64,000 bases of DNA from the NCBI GenBank assembly GCA_036675925.1, contig JAKFDZ010000002.1, positions 8,786 through 72,785 on the forward strand. The letters run 5' to 3'. Below are positions 7,990 through 18,751 of the stretch, piece after piece; positions within the stretch are counted from its first letter, which is position 1, and every line of letters starts with the position of its first letter. A program made the position numbers and the translations under genes. The notes under the pieces are model-generated. The model ran no database searches, had not been told where the DNA came from, and saw nothing but the letters and a program-made list of their open reading frames with translations. Source of the stretch: Flavihumibacter sp. (lineage in GTDB: Bacteria; Bacteroidota; Bacteroidia; Chitinophagales; Chitinophagaceae).

Positions 7990-9321
7990 ATGCATAAAGA
8001 GCCCCTGGCAATAATGTGGTTTCGCCGCGACCTCCGGCTCTCTGATAATGCTGCCCTATACCATGCACTGAAATCGGGACTTCCCGTTCTCCCCATCTTT
8101 ATTTTTGATCGCAACATCCTCGACGACCTCGAAGAGAAGGCCGATGCCCGCGTAAGCTTTATCCACCGTGCACTCAGTAATATGCAGGAGCAACTCCTTG
8201 CAATGGATTCCACTATGGATGTCCGTTATGGAACGCCCACTCAGGTGTTTAAAGACCTGCTGAAACAATATTCCATCCAGTCTGTTTTCACCAACCACGA
8301 CTATGAACAATATGCCCTCGACCGTGATGCAGAAATTGAAGCCCTTTTAAAGGAGGCAGGAGCCAGCTTTCATCACTACAAAGACCAGGTGATATTCGAA
8401 AAAAATGAAGTGATCAAAGATGATGGTCGTCCATATACTGTTTTCACTCCCTACAGCAAACGATGGAAAGCAACCCTTAAAGAATTCTACCTGCGCTCGT
8501 ATCCAACACATGAATATGAAGACGCCTTTTACAAGCAGAAACAAATACCCCTGCCAACGCTTGAATCAATGGGATTTCAACCTGTAAACATTGATTTCCC
8601 TCCCACGGAAGTAAATGAAACCCTGGTGAGAAAATACACGGAGCAGCGAAACTTCCCCGGCATCAGGAGCACATCAAGATTAGGAGTTCATCTTCGTTTT
8701 GGCACCATCAGTATCCGCGAACTGGCGCGGAAAGTTCAACCCCTCAATGAAACATTTTTCAATGAACTCATCTGGCGCGATTTCTACCACATGATCCTCC
8801 ATCATTTCCCACATGTGAGCAGGGGCAGGGCTTTCAGGGCGGAGTATGATCTCATCCATTGGCGTAATAATGAAAAAGAATTTGCACACTGGTGTAATGG
8901 TACAACGGGATATCCTATCGTGGATGCAGGAATGCGCGAACTCAATGCAACAGGTTTCATGCACAACCGCGTGAGAATGATCGTTGCCTCTTTTTTAACC
9001 AAGCACCTGCTGATCGACTGGCGTTGGGGCGAAGCCTATTTTGCTAAAAAACTACTCGATTATGATTTCGCCGCCAATAATGGGGGATGGCAGTGGGCGG
9101 CAGGAAGCGGTTGCGATGCAGCGCCATATTTCAGGATTTTCAATCCATATCTGCAGACAGAAAAATTTGACCCTAAAGGCGTCTATATCAGGAACTGGAT
9201 TCCTGAATTTGATAGCCTCGAATACCCCTCACCGATAGTAGATCACGATGTTGCCAGAAAACGTTGCCTGCAGGTTTATTCGGCCGCGCTAAAGCCGGGA
9301 GCTGAAATATCGGACTCATAA
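7990..9321 (+). CDS. phrB: Deoxyribodipyrimidine photolyase (class I)
   Basis: WFRRDLRLSDN, ELIWRDFY, GFMHNRVRM, NNGGWQW, YFRIFNP. Confidence 0.92.
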   Translation: MHKEPLAIMWFRRDLRLSDNAALYHALKSGLPVLPIFIFDRNILDDLEEKADARVSFIHRALSNMQEQLLAMDSTMDVRYGTPTQVFKDLLKQYSIQSVFTNHDYEQYALDRDAEIEALLKEAGASFHHYKDQVIFEKNEVIKDDGRPYTVFTPYSKRWKATLKEFYLRSYPTHEYEDAFYKQKQIPLPTLESMGFQPVNIDFPPTEVNETLVRKYTEQRNFPGIRSTSRLGVHLRFGTISIRELARKVQPLNETFFNELIWRDFYHMILHHFPHVSRGRAFRAEYDLIHWRNNEKEFAHWCNGTTGYPIVDAGMRELNATGFMHNRVRMIVASFLTKHLLIDWRWGEAYFAKKLLDYDFAANNGGWQWAAGSGCDAAPYFRIFNPYLQTEKFDPKGVYIRNWIPEFDSLEYPSPIVDHDVARKRCLQVYSAALKPGAEISDS

Positions 9322-10097
9322 ACCTCAAGTAACTGAGCAACCGCCTTATTGCCCGCATCACCTAACCCCAGCGAATAATTATTCACGTAAAGATTTATAT
9401 GCTGCCGCATCACCTCCTCACTCATTTCCTGTGAATGATCCCTGATAAAATCAGATAGCTGCGGATATTGCTTCCAGTTATATTCAATACTCGTTGTGAT
9501 CAATTTCTCCAGTTGAAACGCCACATCTTCAGCAATGCTTTTTTTAATTACAATCCCACCCAGCGGAATGGGACAATGCAGCTTTGCCTCCCAATTTTCA
9601 CCAAGGTCCATTATTTTATGTAACCCTTTCTGCTGGTAGGTAAACCTGTTCTCATGAATGATAACCCCCGCATCAACCCTTCCATCTAATACCGCCTGTT
9701 CAATTTCATGAAACACCATGAACTCCTTATTCATCGCACCCGGAAAAGCAAGAGAAAAAAGTAGATTCGCCGTTGTATGCCTGCCGGGAATCCCAATCCT
9801 CAAATCATTGATATCATCCAGCGGAATAGGTTTGCGCGATATCAACAGCGGACCCACACCTGTTCCCAGCGCCCCACCTGATTGCAACAGCCGGTATTGA
9901 TCCAACACCAGCGGCAGTACACCATAACTGATTTTGGTGCAATCGAGCTTCCCCTCCAACGCCCATTCATTCAGCGTCTGCACATCCTCCATATGCAACC
10001 TGAAAGTAAAAGGATTTGCATCCAACTTTCCATTCACCAGCGCATCAAAGATGAAGGTGTCATTGGGACAGGGAGAAAATCCTAAACTGAGTTCCAT
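9276..10097 (-). CDS. mqnD: 1,4-dihydroxy-6-naphthoate synthase
   Basis: GFSPCPNDTFIF, IIHENRFTY, PIPLGG, HINLYVN. Confidence 0.92.
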   Translation of the reverse strand: MELSLGFSPCPNDTFIFDALVNGKLDANPFTFRLHMEDVQTLNEWALEGKLDCTKISYGVLPLVLDQYRLLQSGGALGTGVGPLLISRKPIPLDDINDLRIGIPGRHTTANLLFSLAFPGAMNKEFMVFHEIEQAVLDGRVDAGVIIHENRFTYQQKGLHKIMDLGENWEAKLHCPIPLGGIVIKKSIAEDVAFQLEKLITTSIEYNWKQYPQLSDFIRDHSQEMSEEVMRQHINLYVNNYSLGLGDAGNKAVAQLLEVYESDISAPGFSAAE

Positions 10098-10114
10098 AAA
10101 TAATAAATAAGATC

Positions 10115-10771
10115 CTACAATGATTCAAGTAGTCTGATCAGCTCTTTATTGAGATTATTTATCGCAAGCGGAATATTCCATTTCTTCTTATTTCTTTCGC
10201 CCACATAATTAGAAACAGCCCTCACCTGCAAAAAACTGATATGCTCCATGATACACACATAATGCAAAGAAGCGCCCTCCATTGATTCAAGATCCGCCTT
10301 ATACCGCGACACATAATGCGCCGCCCTTTTTTTGCTGGTAGTTACCTCGTTCACCGTGATCCCGTTTGCTTTTTTCAGTCGAGTTCTCTTGATCAATTCG
10401 GTATAGGGATTTGGCAGCACACCTTTCTTATAAGGGATCTCATTTGCCAGCGCCAGTTTCATATCGAAAACATCCAAAAAACCATTTTTCTCCTGCACGC
10501 CCTGGTCGGCCAAAGCATCCTGCCTGATAGCAAAAACAGATCCCAATTTAATGGAATCATCAAATGCCCCGGCCACACCAGCCTGTATCACCAGGTCGGG
10601 TCGCTTATGCTGCAAATAGCGCGTGATGCCATAAGTTGCCGCATTGCTGCCCACACCGGTGATCAGAATATCCACATCGAAATCGATATGGTTCAGCTTC
10701 TCCGTCGTACTGAGATGATCGGTAAAGGGATTGATTTCCATGGGAGTAGAGGCTACCAGCAAACAATGCAT
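10115..10771 (-). CDS. mqnB: Futalosine hydrolase
   Basis: PNP/UDP family motifs (GVAG, ESMEGA, RAVSNYV, W-x-IPLA); adjacent to mqnD. Confidence 0.88.
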   Translation of the reverse strand: MHCLLVASTPMEINPFTDHLSTTEKLNHIDFDVDILITGVGSNAATYGITRYLQHKRPDLVIQAGVAGAFDDSIKLGSVFAIRQDALADQGVQEKNGFLDVFDMKLALANEIPYKKGVLPNPYTELIKRTRLKKANGITVNEVTTSKKRAAHYVSRYKADLESMEGASLHYVCIMEHISFLQVRAVSNYVGERNKKKWNIPLAINNLNKELIRLLESL

Positions 10772-10966
10772 AAAAGATCAGTTTGTGGCAAATGTCGTAA
10801 ATCCCACCAAATCAGGCAGATATTGTAATTTCGCATTATCTGTTGCCATTTTTTTTGGATTAGCGAACAAACCGGCGACAGTCCTGTTAAACTTTGTACT
10901 ATAAAACGCTAAACAACTTGGACGGCAGACTTCCGTTGCAGTTGCGGAGAGCGGTAATAATAATAT

Positions 10967-11383
10967 ATGGGAAATAAAGTAGCCGTTTTCCGGAAGGAAC
11001 ATTTTAATGCAGCACACAGACTCTACCATGCGGGATGGGATGATGCCAGGAACCTGGAGATGTTCGGTAAATGCAGTTACCCCAATTACCATGGACATAA
11101 CTATAACCTCGAAGTTAAAGTGACGGGTATTCCGGATGCAGATACTGGTTATGTGATGGATATGAAACATCTCTCGGACCTCATTCATTCTGTTATTATA
11201 GAACGCTTCGATCATAAGAACCTCAATCTCGATACGGTTGAATTCAGTAAGCTGAATCCTACTGCTGAAAACATCGCGATTGTTATCTATGATCTGCTGC
11301 GGCCGCATATTGATGCGCAGCACGACCTGATGATAAGGCTCTATGAAACAGAAAGGAATTTTGTTGAGTATCCTGCTTCTTAA
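10967..11383 (+). CDS. queD: 6-carboxytetrahydropterin / 6-pyruvoyltetrahydropterin synthase
   Basis: [29 protein letters not shown]. Confidence 0.85.
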   Translation: MGNKVAVFRKEHFNAAHRLYHAGWDDARNLEMFGKCSYPNYHGHNYNLEVKVTGIPDADTGYVMDMKHLSDLIHSVIIERFDHKNLNLDTVEFSKLNPTAENIAIVIYDLLRPHIDAQHDLMIRLYETERNFVEYPAS

Positions 11384-11421
11384 AATATTGGCTGATCATA
11401 TTTAATTATAAAACAAGGAAG

Positions 11422-12018
11422 ATGGCATATCATAAGGTTGAACAATACGAGGACAAGATCACGTCGGGACTGATCGATAATTACCGCGAATCACTCGAAC
11501 TCTTAGGAGAAAATCCTGACAGGGAGGGATTACAAAAAACGCCGGAACGCGTTGCCAAGGCCATGCAGTATCTCACCCAGGGATATGGAATGGATGCGAA
11601 AGCAATTCTTGAATCGGCAAAATTTCATGAAGATGTTAGTGAGATGATCATCGTGAAGGATATAGAACTTTTCAGCATGTGCGAACACCATATGCTTCCC
11701 TTCTTTGGCAAGGCCCATATTGCGTATATCCCTAACGGCTATATCACCGGCCTCAGCAAGATCGCCCGCGTGGTGGATGTTTACAGCCGGCGCTTACAGG
11801 TGCAGGAAAGACTCACCCAGCAAATTCTTACCGCTATCAAAGAATCTCTCAATCCCATAGGCGTTGCCGTGGTAATTGAAGCGAAGCACCTGTGCATGAT
11901 GATGAGGGGCGTGCAGAAGCAGAACTCCGTTACCACCACCTCCGCATTCTGGGGTGAATTTGAGAAGAATGAAACAAGAAGTGAGTTCACCAAACTGATC
12001 TCCTCAAGGCTGAGTTAG
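11422..12018 (+). CDS. folE: GTP cyclohydrolase I
   Basis: [39 protein letters not shown]. Confidence 0.96.
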   Translation: MAYHKVEQYEDKITSGLIDNYRESLELLGENPDREGLQKTPERVAKAMQYLTQGYGMDAKAILESAKFHEDVSEMIIVKDIELFSMCEHHMLPFFGKAHIAYIPNGYITGLSKIARVVDVYSRRLQVQERLTQQILTAIKESLNPIGVAVVIEAKHLCMMMRGVQKQNSVTTTSAFWGEFEKNETRSEFTKLISSRLS

Positions 12019-12108
12019 TACTTCTTAATAACTAAATCCGAAATGGTTTGGCAGTTCCGTTGTTGTGCTGCCAAACTTTTTTATTTTTGCCGACTAACAA
12101 GGACAATT

Positions 12109-12999
12109 ATGAAGCATGCTTTTGTTTTTCCCGGTCAGGGTTCCCAGTTCCCGGGGATGGGAAAAGAGCATTATGAGAACAGTGCATTTGCCAAGAGAAT
12201 ATTTGAACAGGCTAACGAACTCCTTTCTTTTCGGATCTCTGATATAATGTTTAACGGTACGGAAGAAGAACTGCGCCAGACCAATGTAACGCAGCCGGCT
12301 GTTTTCCTTCATTCGGTTATTGCTTACCGGGGTATAGGCCATGCAAAACCCGATATGGTTGCAGGCCATTCACTGGGTGAATTCTCCGCACTTGTTGCCA
12401 ACGGCACCCTAACTTTTGAAGACGCCCTCAAACTGGTTTCCCTTCGCGCCATCGCCATGCAGAAAGCCTGCGATATACAACCTTCCACCATGGCAGCAGT
12501 TCTCGCCCTTGCCGATGAAAAAGTGGAAGAGGTTTGTCGCCAGGTGCAGGCAGAAACGGGTGAAATTGTTGTACCCGCCAATTATAATTGTCCCGGCCAG
12601 CTAGTCATCAGCGGATCGGTTAAAGGTATTGATATCGCCTGTGAAAGAATGAAAGCTGCAGGTGCCAAAAGAGCCCTGGTGCTGCCTGTTGGTGGCGCTT
12701 TCCATTCTCCCCTCATGGCCCCCGCTAAAGAAGAACTCAAAGCGGCTATTGAAGCCACCAAATTCCAGCAGCCTTCCTGCGCCGTTTACCAGAATGTGGT
12801 AGCCCGCGCGGTGCTCGATAAAGATGAGATCAAACATAACCTTATCGAACAACTTACAGGTGCCGTTCGGTGGACGCAATCTGTTCAATCGATGATTGCC
12901 GATGGTGCTTCCACCTTCACGGAATCTGGACCAGGAAAAGTTTTACAGGGACTGATCCTGAAAATCGATAAGACTGTATCGGTTGATGGTGTTAGTTAG
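12109..12999 (+). CDS. fabD: Malonyl-CoA:ACP transacylase
   Basis: FPGQGSQ, GHSLGE, GAFHS; start moved to MKHAFVF, downstream of TATTTTTG at 12082-12089. Confidence 0.95.
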   Translation: MKHAFVFPGQGSQFPGMGKEHYENSAFAKRIFEQANELLSFRISDIMFNGTEEELRQTNVTQPAVFLHSVIAYRGIGHAKPDMVAGHSLGEFSALVANGTLTFEDALKLVSLRAIAMQKACDIQPSTMAAVLALADEKVEEVCRQVQAETGEIVVPANYNCPGQLVISGSVKGIDIACERMKAAGAKRALVLPVGGAFHSPLMAPAKEELKAAIEATKFQQPSCAVYQNVVARAVLDKDEIKHNLIEQLTGAVRWTQSVQSMIADGASTFTESGPGKVLQGLILKIDKTVSVDGVS

Positions 13000-13004
13000 T
13001 CTGA

Positions 13005-13454
13005 TCAATTTATTTCCATCGAGCAATTGATCCACTCGGCATCAAAATGAGCCCCGTATTTTTTGTAAAAATTGATAGCGGGCTCATTCCATTCCAGCAC
13101 CTGCCACACAATTCCATTGAAGCCTTTAAGCTTTGCTTCTTCAATGAGCTTGTCGAACAGTAGCTTTCCCAGTCCGCGTCCACGCATTGCCTCGGTCACG
13201 AGTATATCCTCCAGGTACATTCGCTGCCCCTTCCATGTACTGTAACGGATATAGTAAAGCGCAAAGCCCTGCACTATATTATCTTCTTCCGCCACAAAGG
13301 CCCACCATACCGGGTTTTCTCCAAATCCACTCTCCGTAAAATGCTCAAGACTCACCGTCACTTCCTGCGGCGCTTTTTCATAGGTTGCCAGTTCTTTTAT
13401 CAGCTCAAGTAAACGCGCACAATCTGCGGCTGTGGCATTGCGGATCTTTATCAT
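13005..13454 (-). CDS. GNAT acetyltransferase (SSAT-like)
   Basis: ELATYEK, YSTWKG, YLEDILV, RGRGLG, WNEPAINFY. Confidence 0.88.
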   Translation of the reverse strand: MIKIRNATAADCARLLELIKELATYEKAPQEVTVSLEHFTESGFGENPVWWAFVAEEDNIVQGFALYYIRYSTWKGQRMYLEDILVTEAMRGRGLGKLLFDKLIEEAKLKGFNGIVWQVLEWNEPAINFYKKYGAHFDAEWINCSMEIN

Positions 13455-13460
13455 TGGTAT

Positions 13461-15257
13461 TTATTTCTTTGGTGCCTTGAAAACGCCGTTCGGCTGGATG
13501 GCATTCATACTGGTTACTTCACCTTTATCATTCAGATCAAATTGGATATTAAATCCTTCCAGCGCCTTGATCTTGAACAGATCTTTTTTAACTGGCACCA
13601 GCTCGTAATCTGGTTGCCCCGGTACTAAAAGCATCAGCGTATTTTCTCCCCGCAGGTAAACCTTTGCAAGGATCCCCGGCAATTGATATTCGCCTAAATA
13701 TTTCTGCAGCTCCGCCTTCGAAATTTCCATCGCCGGCGCCTCCCTCTTGAACACAATTTCCTTCACGCCCTGTTCCAATGCAACATCAAAGGATTCTATC
13801 TCACCACCATAATTAGTATTGAACTTGATCCTTGTAGCATTATCATCAGGGTTCTCCATGTCACGAACCTTATACACATCAAAATGGTAGTGCTCGAGAT
13901 AACTGGTCTGCTTGCCACCTGAATTATAATCGAGCCATAATGTATCTCTTTCAAGTTTCACAATCGCCGTTCCATAACCCGGATTTTCATATTTACCTGC
14001 ATAGTCCGCCTTTGCATGAAGGGCTTTGGCATTGGGCTTCCGGAGCAGACTGTCACTATTTGTTTTCTTTGTAGCGGCAGCAGCGGCCCTGCCTTTTGCA
14101 CGGGCATCAAGTTGCATCTGGTTCCAGTTGCGGTTAGGCAACTTCAGCATCCTGTCTGCAATATAATTCCGCACCAGGGCCGTTACATTTCCATTGCTCG
14201 ATACCACAAATATGCCAATGCTATCGGTTGGGAAAAAGCCCGTACTGGTGATAAAGCCATCAATTCCTCCACCATGCTCAACGCGGTAATGGCCGCGGTA
14301 AGAACTAAGGAACCAACCCAGTCCATATGCCTCCATATGTATATCAGGATGTAATGCCGGCGGCAGCCCGCCTCCATCCAATGCCATCTGCTGTGAAATG
14401 GCCTGCGAAACATAGCCGGCTGGAATAATTTCCTTGCCCTTGTACTTGCCTCCGTTGATCCAGGTGATCAGCCATTTGGCCATATCATTGGCAGAGCTGT
14501 TGATCGAACCAGCCGGACCAATCGCATCTATATTCCGGTATGGTATAACCGAAATAATAGAATCCTTCTTTAACGTGAAAGCGGGGGAGCGGTCGGCCGA
14601 TTTCTCCATATCCTTAACCGAAAAATTGGTAGTGCTCATTTCAAGTGGCTGCAAAATCCGCTCACGTATATTCTGCTCCCAGCTTTTGCCGGTAAGCTTT
14701 TCTGTTACCATACCCTGCGCCAGGAACATAAAATTATTATACTGGAATGATTGCCTTAATTCCTTACTCGGCTCCTGGTATTTTATCCTTTTTAGTAATT
14801 CCATCCTGCTGGCCGACGAGCCATACCAACTCATATCATGCCTTGGCAGTCCCGTACGATGCGTCATCATATCCCGCAGCGTAACATGATTGTTCAGGTA
14901 CTCATTATGAAATCCTAATTCAGGAAGGTATAGCGTAGCAGGTTTGTCGAGCTCCAGCTTCCCTTCTTTTTCCAGCATCCCCAGCAGGGAGGAGGTGAAG
15001 GCTTTGGTACAGGATCCAATGGCAAAGAGCGTATTGCCGGTTACCGGTAATTTTTTCTCCAGGTCACGAAATCCAAAACCGCCTGCATATACCACCTTAT
15101 TCTTCTCCACAACGGCAATGCTCACCCCAGGAGCATACCAGTCCTTCAGTATTCGTTTCACTAAGGTGTCGAGTCCCTTTAAGCGGGGATCAGTTGGGCC
15201 TTGCGCAAATAATCCGGTGCCGATAAGGCAAAAAATTGCCGTCATGATTTTTTTCAT
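13461..15257 (-). CDS. Serine hydrolase (beta-lactamase/AmpC family) with DUF3471-like C-terminal domains
   Basis: Signal peptide MKKIMTAIF; SCTK (SxxK), YNN, HGG motifs. Confidence 0.85.
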   Translation of the reverse strand: MKKIMTAIFCLIGTGLFAQGPTDPRLKGLDTLVKRILKDWYAPGVSIAVVEKNKVVYAGGFGFRDLEKKLPVTGNTLFAIGSCTKAFTSSLLGMLEKEGKLELDKPATLYLPELGFHNEYLNNHVTLRDMMTHRTGLPRHDMSWYGSSASRMELLKRIKYQEPSKELRQSFQYNNFMFLAQGMVTEKLTGKSWEQNIRERILQPLEMSTTNFSVKDMEKSADRSPAFTLKKDSIISVIPYRNIDAIGPAGSINSSANDMAKWLITWINGGKYKGKEIIPAGYVSQAISQQMALDGGGLPPALHPDIHMEAYGLGWFLSSYRGHYRVEHGGGIDGFITSTGFFPTDSIGIFVVSSNGNVTALVRNYIADRMLKLPNRNWNQMQLDARAKGRAAAAATKKTNSDSLLRKPNAKALHAKADYAGKYENPGYGTAIVKLERDTLWLDYNSGGKQTSYLEHYHFDVYKVRDMENPDDNATRIKFNTNYGGEIESFDVALEQGVKEIVFKREAPAMEISKAELQKYLGEYQLPGILAKVYLRGENTLMLLVPGQPDYELVPVKKDLFKIKALEGFNIQFDLNDKGEVTSMNAIQPNGVFKAPKK

Positions 15258-15282
15258 ATCAATGGTTTTGGTTTGGTTCTTT

Positions 15283-16512
15283 TTATGACTGAAGTGAATT
15301 ATCAAGGTCAGCGATAATGTCCTCGATGTTTTCAATGCCCACACTCATCCTTATCAGTCCATCCGTAATGCCATATTTTTCTCTTTCTGCTTTTGGGATG
15401 CCTGCGTGCGACATAGACGCAGGGTGGGAGATAAGCGTATCAACCGTTCCCAGTGAAACAGCCCTTGTACAGATCTGCAGCCGGTTGATAAATCTTTTTC
15501 CTGCTTCTACGCCACCCTTCACTTCAAAGCTCAGCATACCGCCCGGGTGCTTCATCTGTTTCCTGGCGACAGTATGGTCGGGGTGGGATGGCAGCCCTGT
15601 ATACAGCACCTGCTCAATGGCGGCGTGATTATCCAGGTGTTGCGCTACCGCCATGGCATTGCTGCAGTGGCGCTCCATGCGCAGCTCCAACGTGCGCATG
15701 CCCTGCGTTAACATGAAGGCATCGAAAGGATTGGAATTGCCGCCAAGCAATACATACCATTTCCAGACCCGGCTATTCATTTTTTCAAGATCCTTTCCCA
15801 ATAGAACTCCACCAATGGCAGTGCCATGTCCATTAAGGAATTTAGTGGTGGAATGAAAAACATAATCCACATCATAACGGAAGGGCTGTTGCAGATAAGG
15901 CGTGGCAAATGTATTGTCAACGGTCACCAGTAGTTGATGTTGTTTTGCGATGCCAGATATCATTTCAAGGTCAACACATTGCAGCGTTGGATTGGCGGGC
16001 GTTTCTATATGCACAAGCTTTATCGCCTTATCTGCTTTGATGGCCGCCGCTGCCAGTTGAGGGTCACGCAGGTCGGTGATAACTGTTTCGATATTATTTT
16101 CAGCAAGCACTTTGGTGAGCAGCTCCTGTGTACCTCCATACAAAGAATAATGCGTCAACACCTTATCGCCCGCCGACAAATTACTCAGAAACATGGTTGC
16201 CATGGCCGCCTGTCCGCTCGCATGTAGCAGTGCCTTAAGTTGCAACGGTTTGCCATCAGCTCCGTTGATGCCATGCGCTTCCAGTGCCGCGATCTTTTGC
16301 TCCGCCACTTTAAACGATGGATTGCCCCACCGGCTATAGATCCTCGTCTTATCCTCTCCAGCAAATCTTTCCATGCCCTGTTCTGCCGTATCAAAATAAA
16401 ATGTGGAGCTCGCATAGATCGGGGTCAGATGGGCATAATTGGGATCGGGTTCATTTCCGCCATGTACCGCTACCGTTCCTTTGCCTTTCAGTTGAATATC
16501 TTTGTTGGCCAT
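15283..16512 (-). CDS. Methionine gamma-lyase-like trans-sulfuration PLP enzyme
   Basis: YSRWGNP, ETPANP, VDNTFATP, STTKFLNGH, SLG, IRMSVGIE. Confidence 0.85.
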   Translation of the reverse strand: MANKDIQLKGKGTVAVHGGNEPDPNYAHLTPIYASSTFYFDTAEQGMERFAGEDKTRIYSRWGNPSFKVAEQKIAALEAHGINGADGKPLQLKALLHASGQAAMATMFLSNLSAGDKVLTHYSLYGGTQELLTKVLAENNIETVITDLRDPQLAAAAIKADKAIKLVHIETPANPTLQCVDLEMISGIAKQHQLLVTVDNTFATPYLQQPFRYDVDYVFHSTTKFLNGHGTAIGGVLLGKDLEKMNSRVWKWYVLLGGNSNPFDAFMLTQGMRTLELRMERHCSNAMAVAQHLDNHAAIEQVLYTGLPSHPDHTVARKQMKHPGGMLSFEVKGGVEAGKRFINRLQICTRAVSLGTVDTLISHPASMSHAGIPKAEREKYGITDGLIRMSVGIENIEDIIADLDNSLQS

Positions 16513-16559
16513 TGCGCTGGGTTCTTTAATTTAGTGTTCGCCAAATTTAATCGAAATCA

Positions 16560-17048
16560 ATGAAGCAGCTCCTCCAGGATTACGCAACTTACCACCACTG
16601 GGCCAATCAATTGCTGGGACAAAAAATAGCAGAACAGGATTCCGCACTCTGGACCCGCGAAGTTCCAGGCAGTTTTCCTTCACTCCATAAAACGCTTACC
16701 CATATATGGGATGCCGACAGAGCCTGGTGGAACCGACTGAAGAAGGAGCCCGATACCGGACCCTTCCCTGCTTTTGAAGGAGATATCGCCGAAGCCCTTG
16801 GCCAACTGCTGGTACAGAATGAGCAACTGATCAAATGGATCGCCGACCAGGAAGAATCACAGTTAAATGCTACCCTCAAATATGTGAACTGGAAAGGCAT
16901 TCCCTTCGAACAACCCATCGCACATGTATTATTGCACATCTTCAGTCATGGTAGCTACCACCGCGGTCAACTGGTCAATATGCTTCGGGCACTGGGAGTG
17001 GAAAATATCCCACAGACCGACTTCATCGTTTGGGCAAGGATGAAATAG
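16560..17048 (+). CDS. DinB family protein
   Basis: YHHWAN, SLHKTLTH, HGSYHRGQ. Confidence 0.88.
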   Translation: MKQLLQDYATYHHWANQLLGQKIAEQDSALWTREVPGSFPSLHKTLTHIWDADRAWWNRLKKEPDTGPFPAFEGDIAEALGQLLVQNEQLIKWIADQEESQLNATLKYVNWKGIPFEQPIAHVLLHIFSHGSYHRGQLVNMLRALGVENIPQTDFIVWARMK

Positions 17049-17124
17049 ATTTTCCCATGGCGCCCCGGCCTACCTTATCAAATAATTTCGTAAATTTTGA
17101 TACGATTCAGCGGGATAATAAAAC

Positions 17125-17679
17125 ATGCAGAAAATGAAGCGCCAGTTTGTGGGATGGATGACGATGTTGGTGGGCCTGGTACTCACGCAAAAAGCCAGCG
17201 GACAGCGGTTCGACTGGCGTTCGAGAATTGATGAGGTGGTGCATCTTGCCGATAGCCTCTCCCTGCTTTCACAGCAAACTTTCCATATCAATAAGTTCAC
17301 CAAGAATGATCGCTCCGTCAGGGAAACCTGGCATTATACATTGCATAATGGTCGCGTTATAATTTTTGAAGTTCATTATTTTGTTGACTCCACTGAATAT
17401 ATCGAAGTATATTATCTCGACCGCGACCATGTTGTATGTATGGAGCAGTATGCCATTCTGAATCCACACCTCGATGATGATCGGATACTCTGGGGAGAAG
17501 TGGGATTTTTCCAGGGCGATGCGCGTCGCCAATATGTTACCATGGGTAATCCCGATCATGAGTCAGGTACCATGAGTGAGTGGAATGCACTGAACCGTTT
17601 TAAAGGCCGCTACCGCGAGCTCCTCGCCAACCGCCCCTTACTGGAAAAAGATCGCAAAGGCCCTATCTTTGGCCCATGA
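17125..17679 (+). CDS. Hypothetical exported protein
   Basis: N-terminal signal-like segment ending ASG-Q; ATGA overlap with the next gene. Confidence 0.65.
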   Translation: MQKMKRQFVGWMTMLVGLVLTQKASGQRFDWRSRIDEVVHLADSLSLLSQQTFHINKFTKNDRSVRETWHYTLHNGRVIIFEVHYFVDSTEYIEVYYLDRDHVVCMEQYAILNPHLDDDRILWGEVGFFQGDARRQYVTMGNPDHESGTMSEWNALNRFKGRYRELLANRPLLEKDRKGPIFGP

Positions 17680-18722
17680 CCGGAATTGATGCTGTTATTC
17701 TCGAAAAAGCAATTGTACATAAAGTAGGTAATCCAACCAGGGGAGAAGAGTTAAAGATCTCCGCCAATCCCCTCACCTTAAATGATGATATCGTAAGGGC
17801 ACTTCTTACCAGATATTTCCTCAGTCCCTTCAATGAAAATGAGCACTATCATTTTACGCATATCAGTGATATTGCCATGAATGAGGTCTACCATTATGTT
17901 GTCAATATTTTTGAAGACAGCAGCAACTTTCACCGCGAATCCGTTTTCCTTGCACAACTACTCTATAATAAATCGACCCATGCGCGGGTTAAGGAAGGTG
18001 AGCTCTACGTGGTATTGTTCGACAAGATTCCTTTTGAAGGTGAGCTTGTCCGTGCAGTTGGCATATTTAAATCGGAGACCAAGGATACCTATCTCAAAGT
18101 ATTCCAGCATGGCCAGGGATATGAGGTGGCTGCCGAAGACGGCATCAATATCAATAAGCTCGACAAGGGTTGCCTGGTATTCCGTACCAACCAGGCCGAT
18201 GGCTTCAAGGTTTGCATCATCGATAATACCAACAAACAGCAGGACGCACAATATTGGGTGAATGATTTCCTGCAGGTGAAACCCTTTGCCGATAGTTATC
18301 ATCATACCAACCAGGCGCTGGGCCTCTGCAAGCTCTTCATTGAAAAGGAGTATGCAGAAAAATTTGATGTCTCAAAATCAGACCAGATAGATCTGCTGAA
18401 TAAATCGATGGATTATTTCAAAACCCGCGACCAGTTCAATCTGAATGAATTTGCCGAAGAGGTGATCCACCATCCGGAAGTGGTAGATACCTTCATGAAC
18501 TATAAGCGCAATTTCGAAAGCAACCGCAATTACGCCATAGATGAATCATTCGATATCAATCTTGCAGCGGTTAAGAAGCAGGCCAAAGTCTTTAAGAGCA
18601 TCCTCAAGCTCGATAAGAACTTCCACATTTACATCCACGGTCGCCGCGACCTCATTGAGCGCGGCTACGACGAACAAACCGGTCAGAAGTTTTATAAGCT
18701 GTATTATGAGGAGGAAAGCTGA
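17676..18722 (+). CDS. Nucleoid-associated protein (YejK/NdpA-like)
   Basis: IVHKVGN, GIFKSE, LDKGCL, YWVNDFL, ILKLDKNFHIYIHG. Confidence 0.8.
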   Translation: MTGIDAVILEKAIVHKVGNPTRGEELKISANPLTLNDDIVRALLTRYFLSPFNENEHYHFTHISDIAMNEVYHYVVNIFEDSSNFHRESVFLAQLLYNKSTHARVKEGELYVVLFDKIPFEGELVRAVGIFKSETKDTYLKVFQHGQGYEVAAEDGININKLDKGCLVFRTNQADGFKVCIIDNTNKQQDAQYWVNDFLQVKPFADSYHHTNQALGLCKLFIEKEYAEKFDVSKSDQIDLLNKSMDYFKTRDQFNLNEFAEEVIHHPEVVDTFMNYKRNFESNRNYAIDESFDINLAAVKKQAKVFKSILKLDKNFHIYIHGRRDLIERGYDEQTGQKFYKLYYEEES

Positions 18723-18751
18723 TAAAAAGAGTAAATTTGAGAATTAATAAG

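Noticed and set aside
9276-10771. Futalosine pathway genes as a novelty
   Set aside because: mqnB and mqnD belong to a known menaquinone route; ordinary here.
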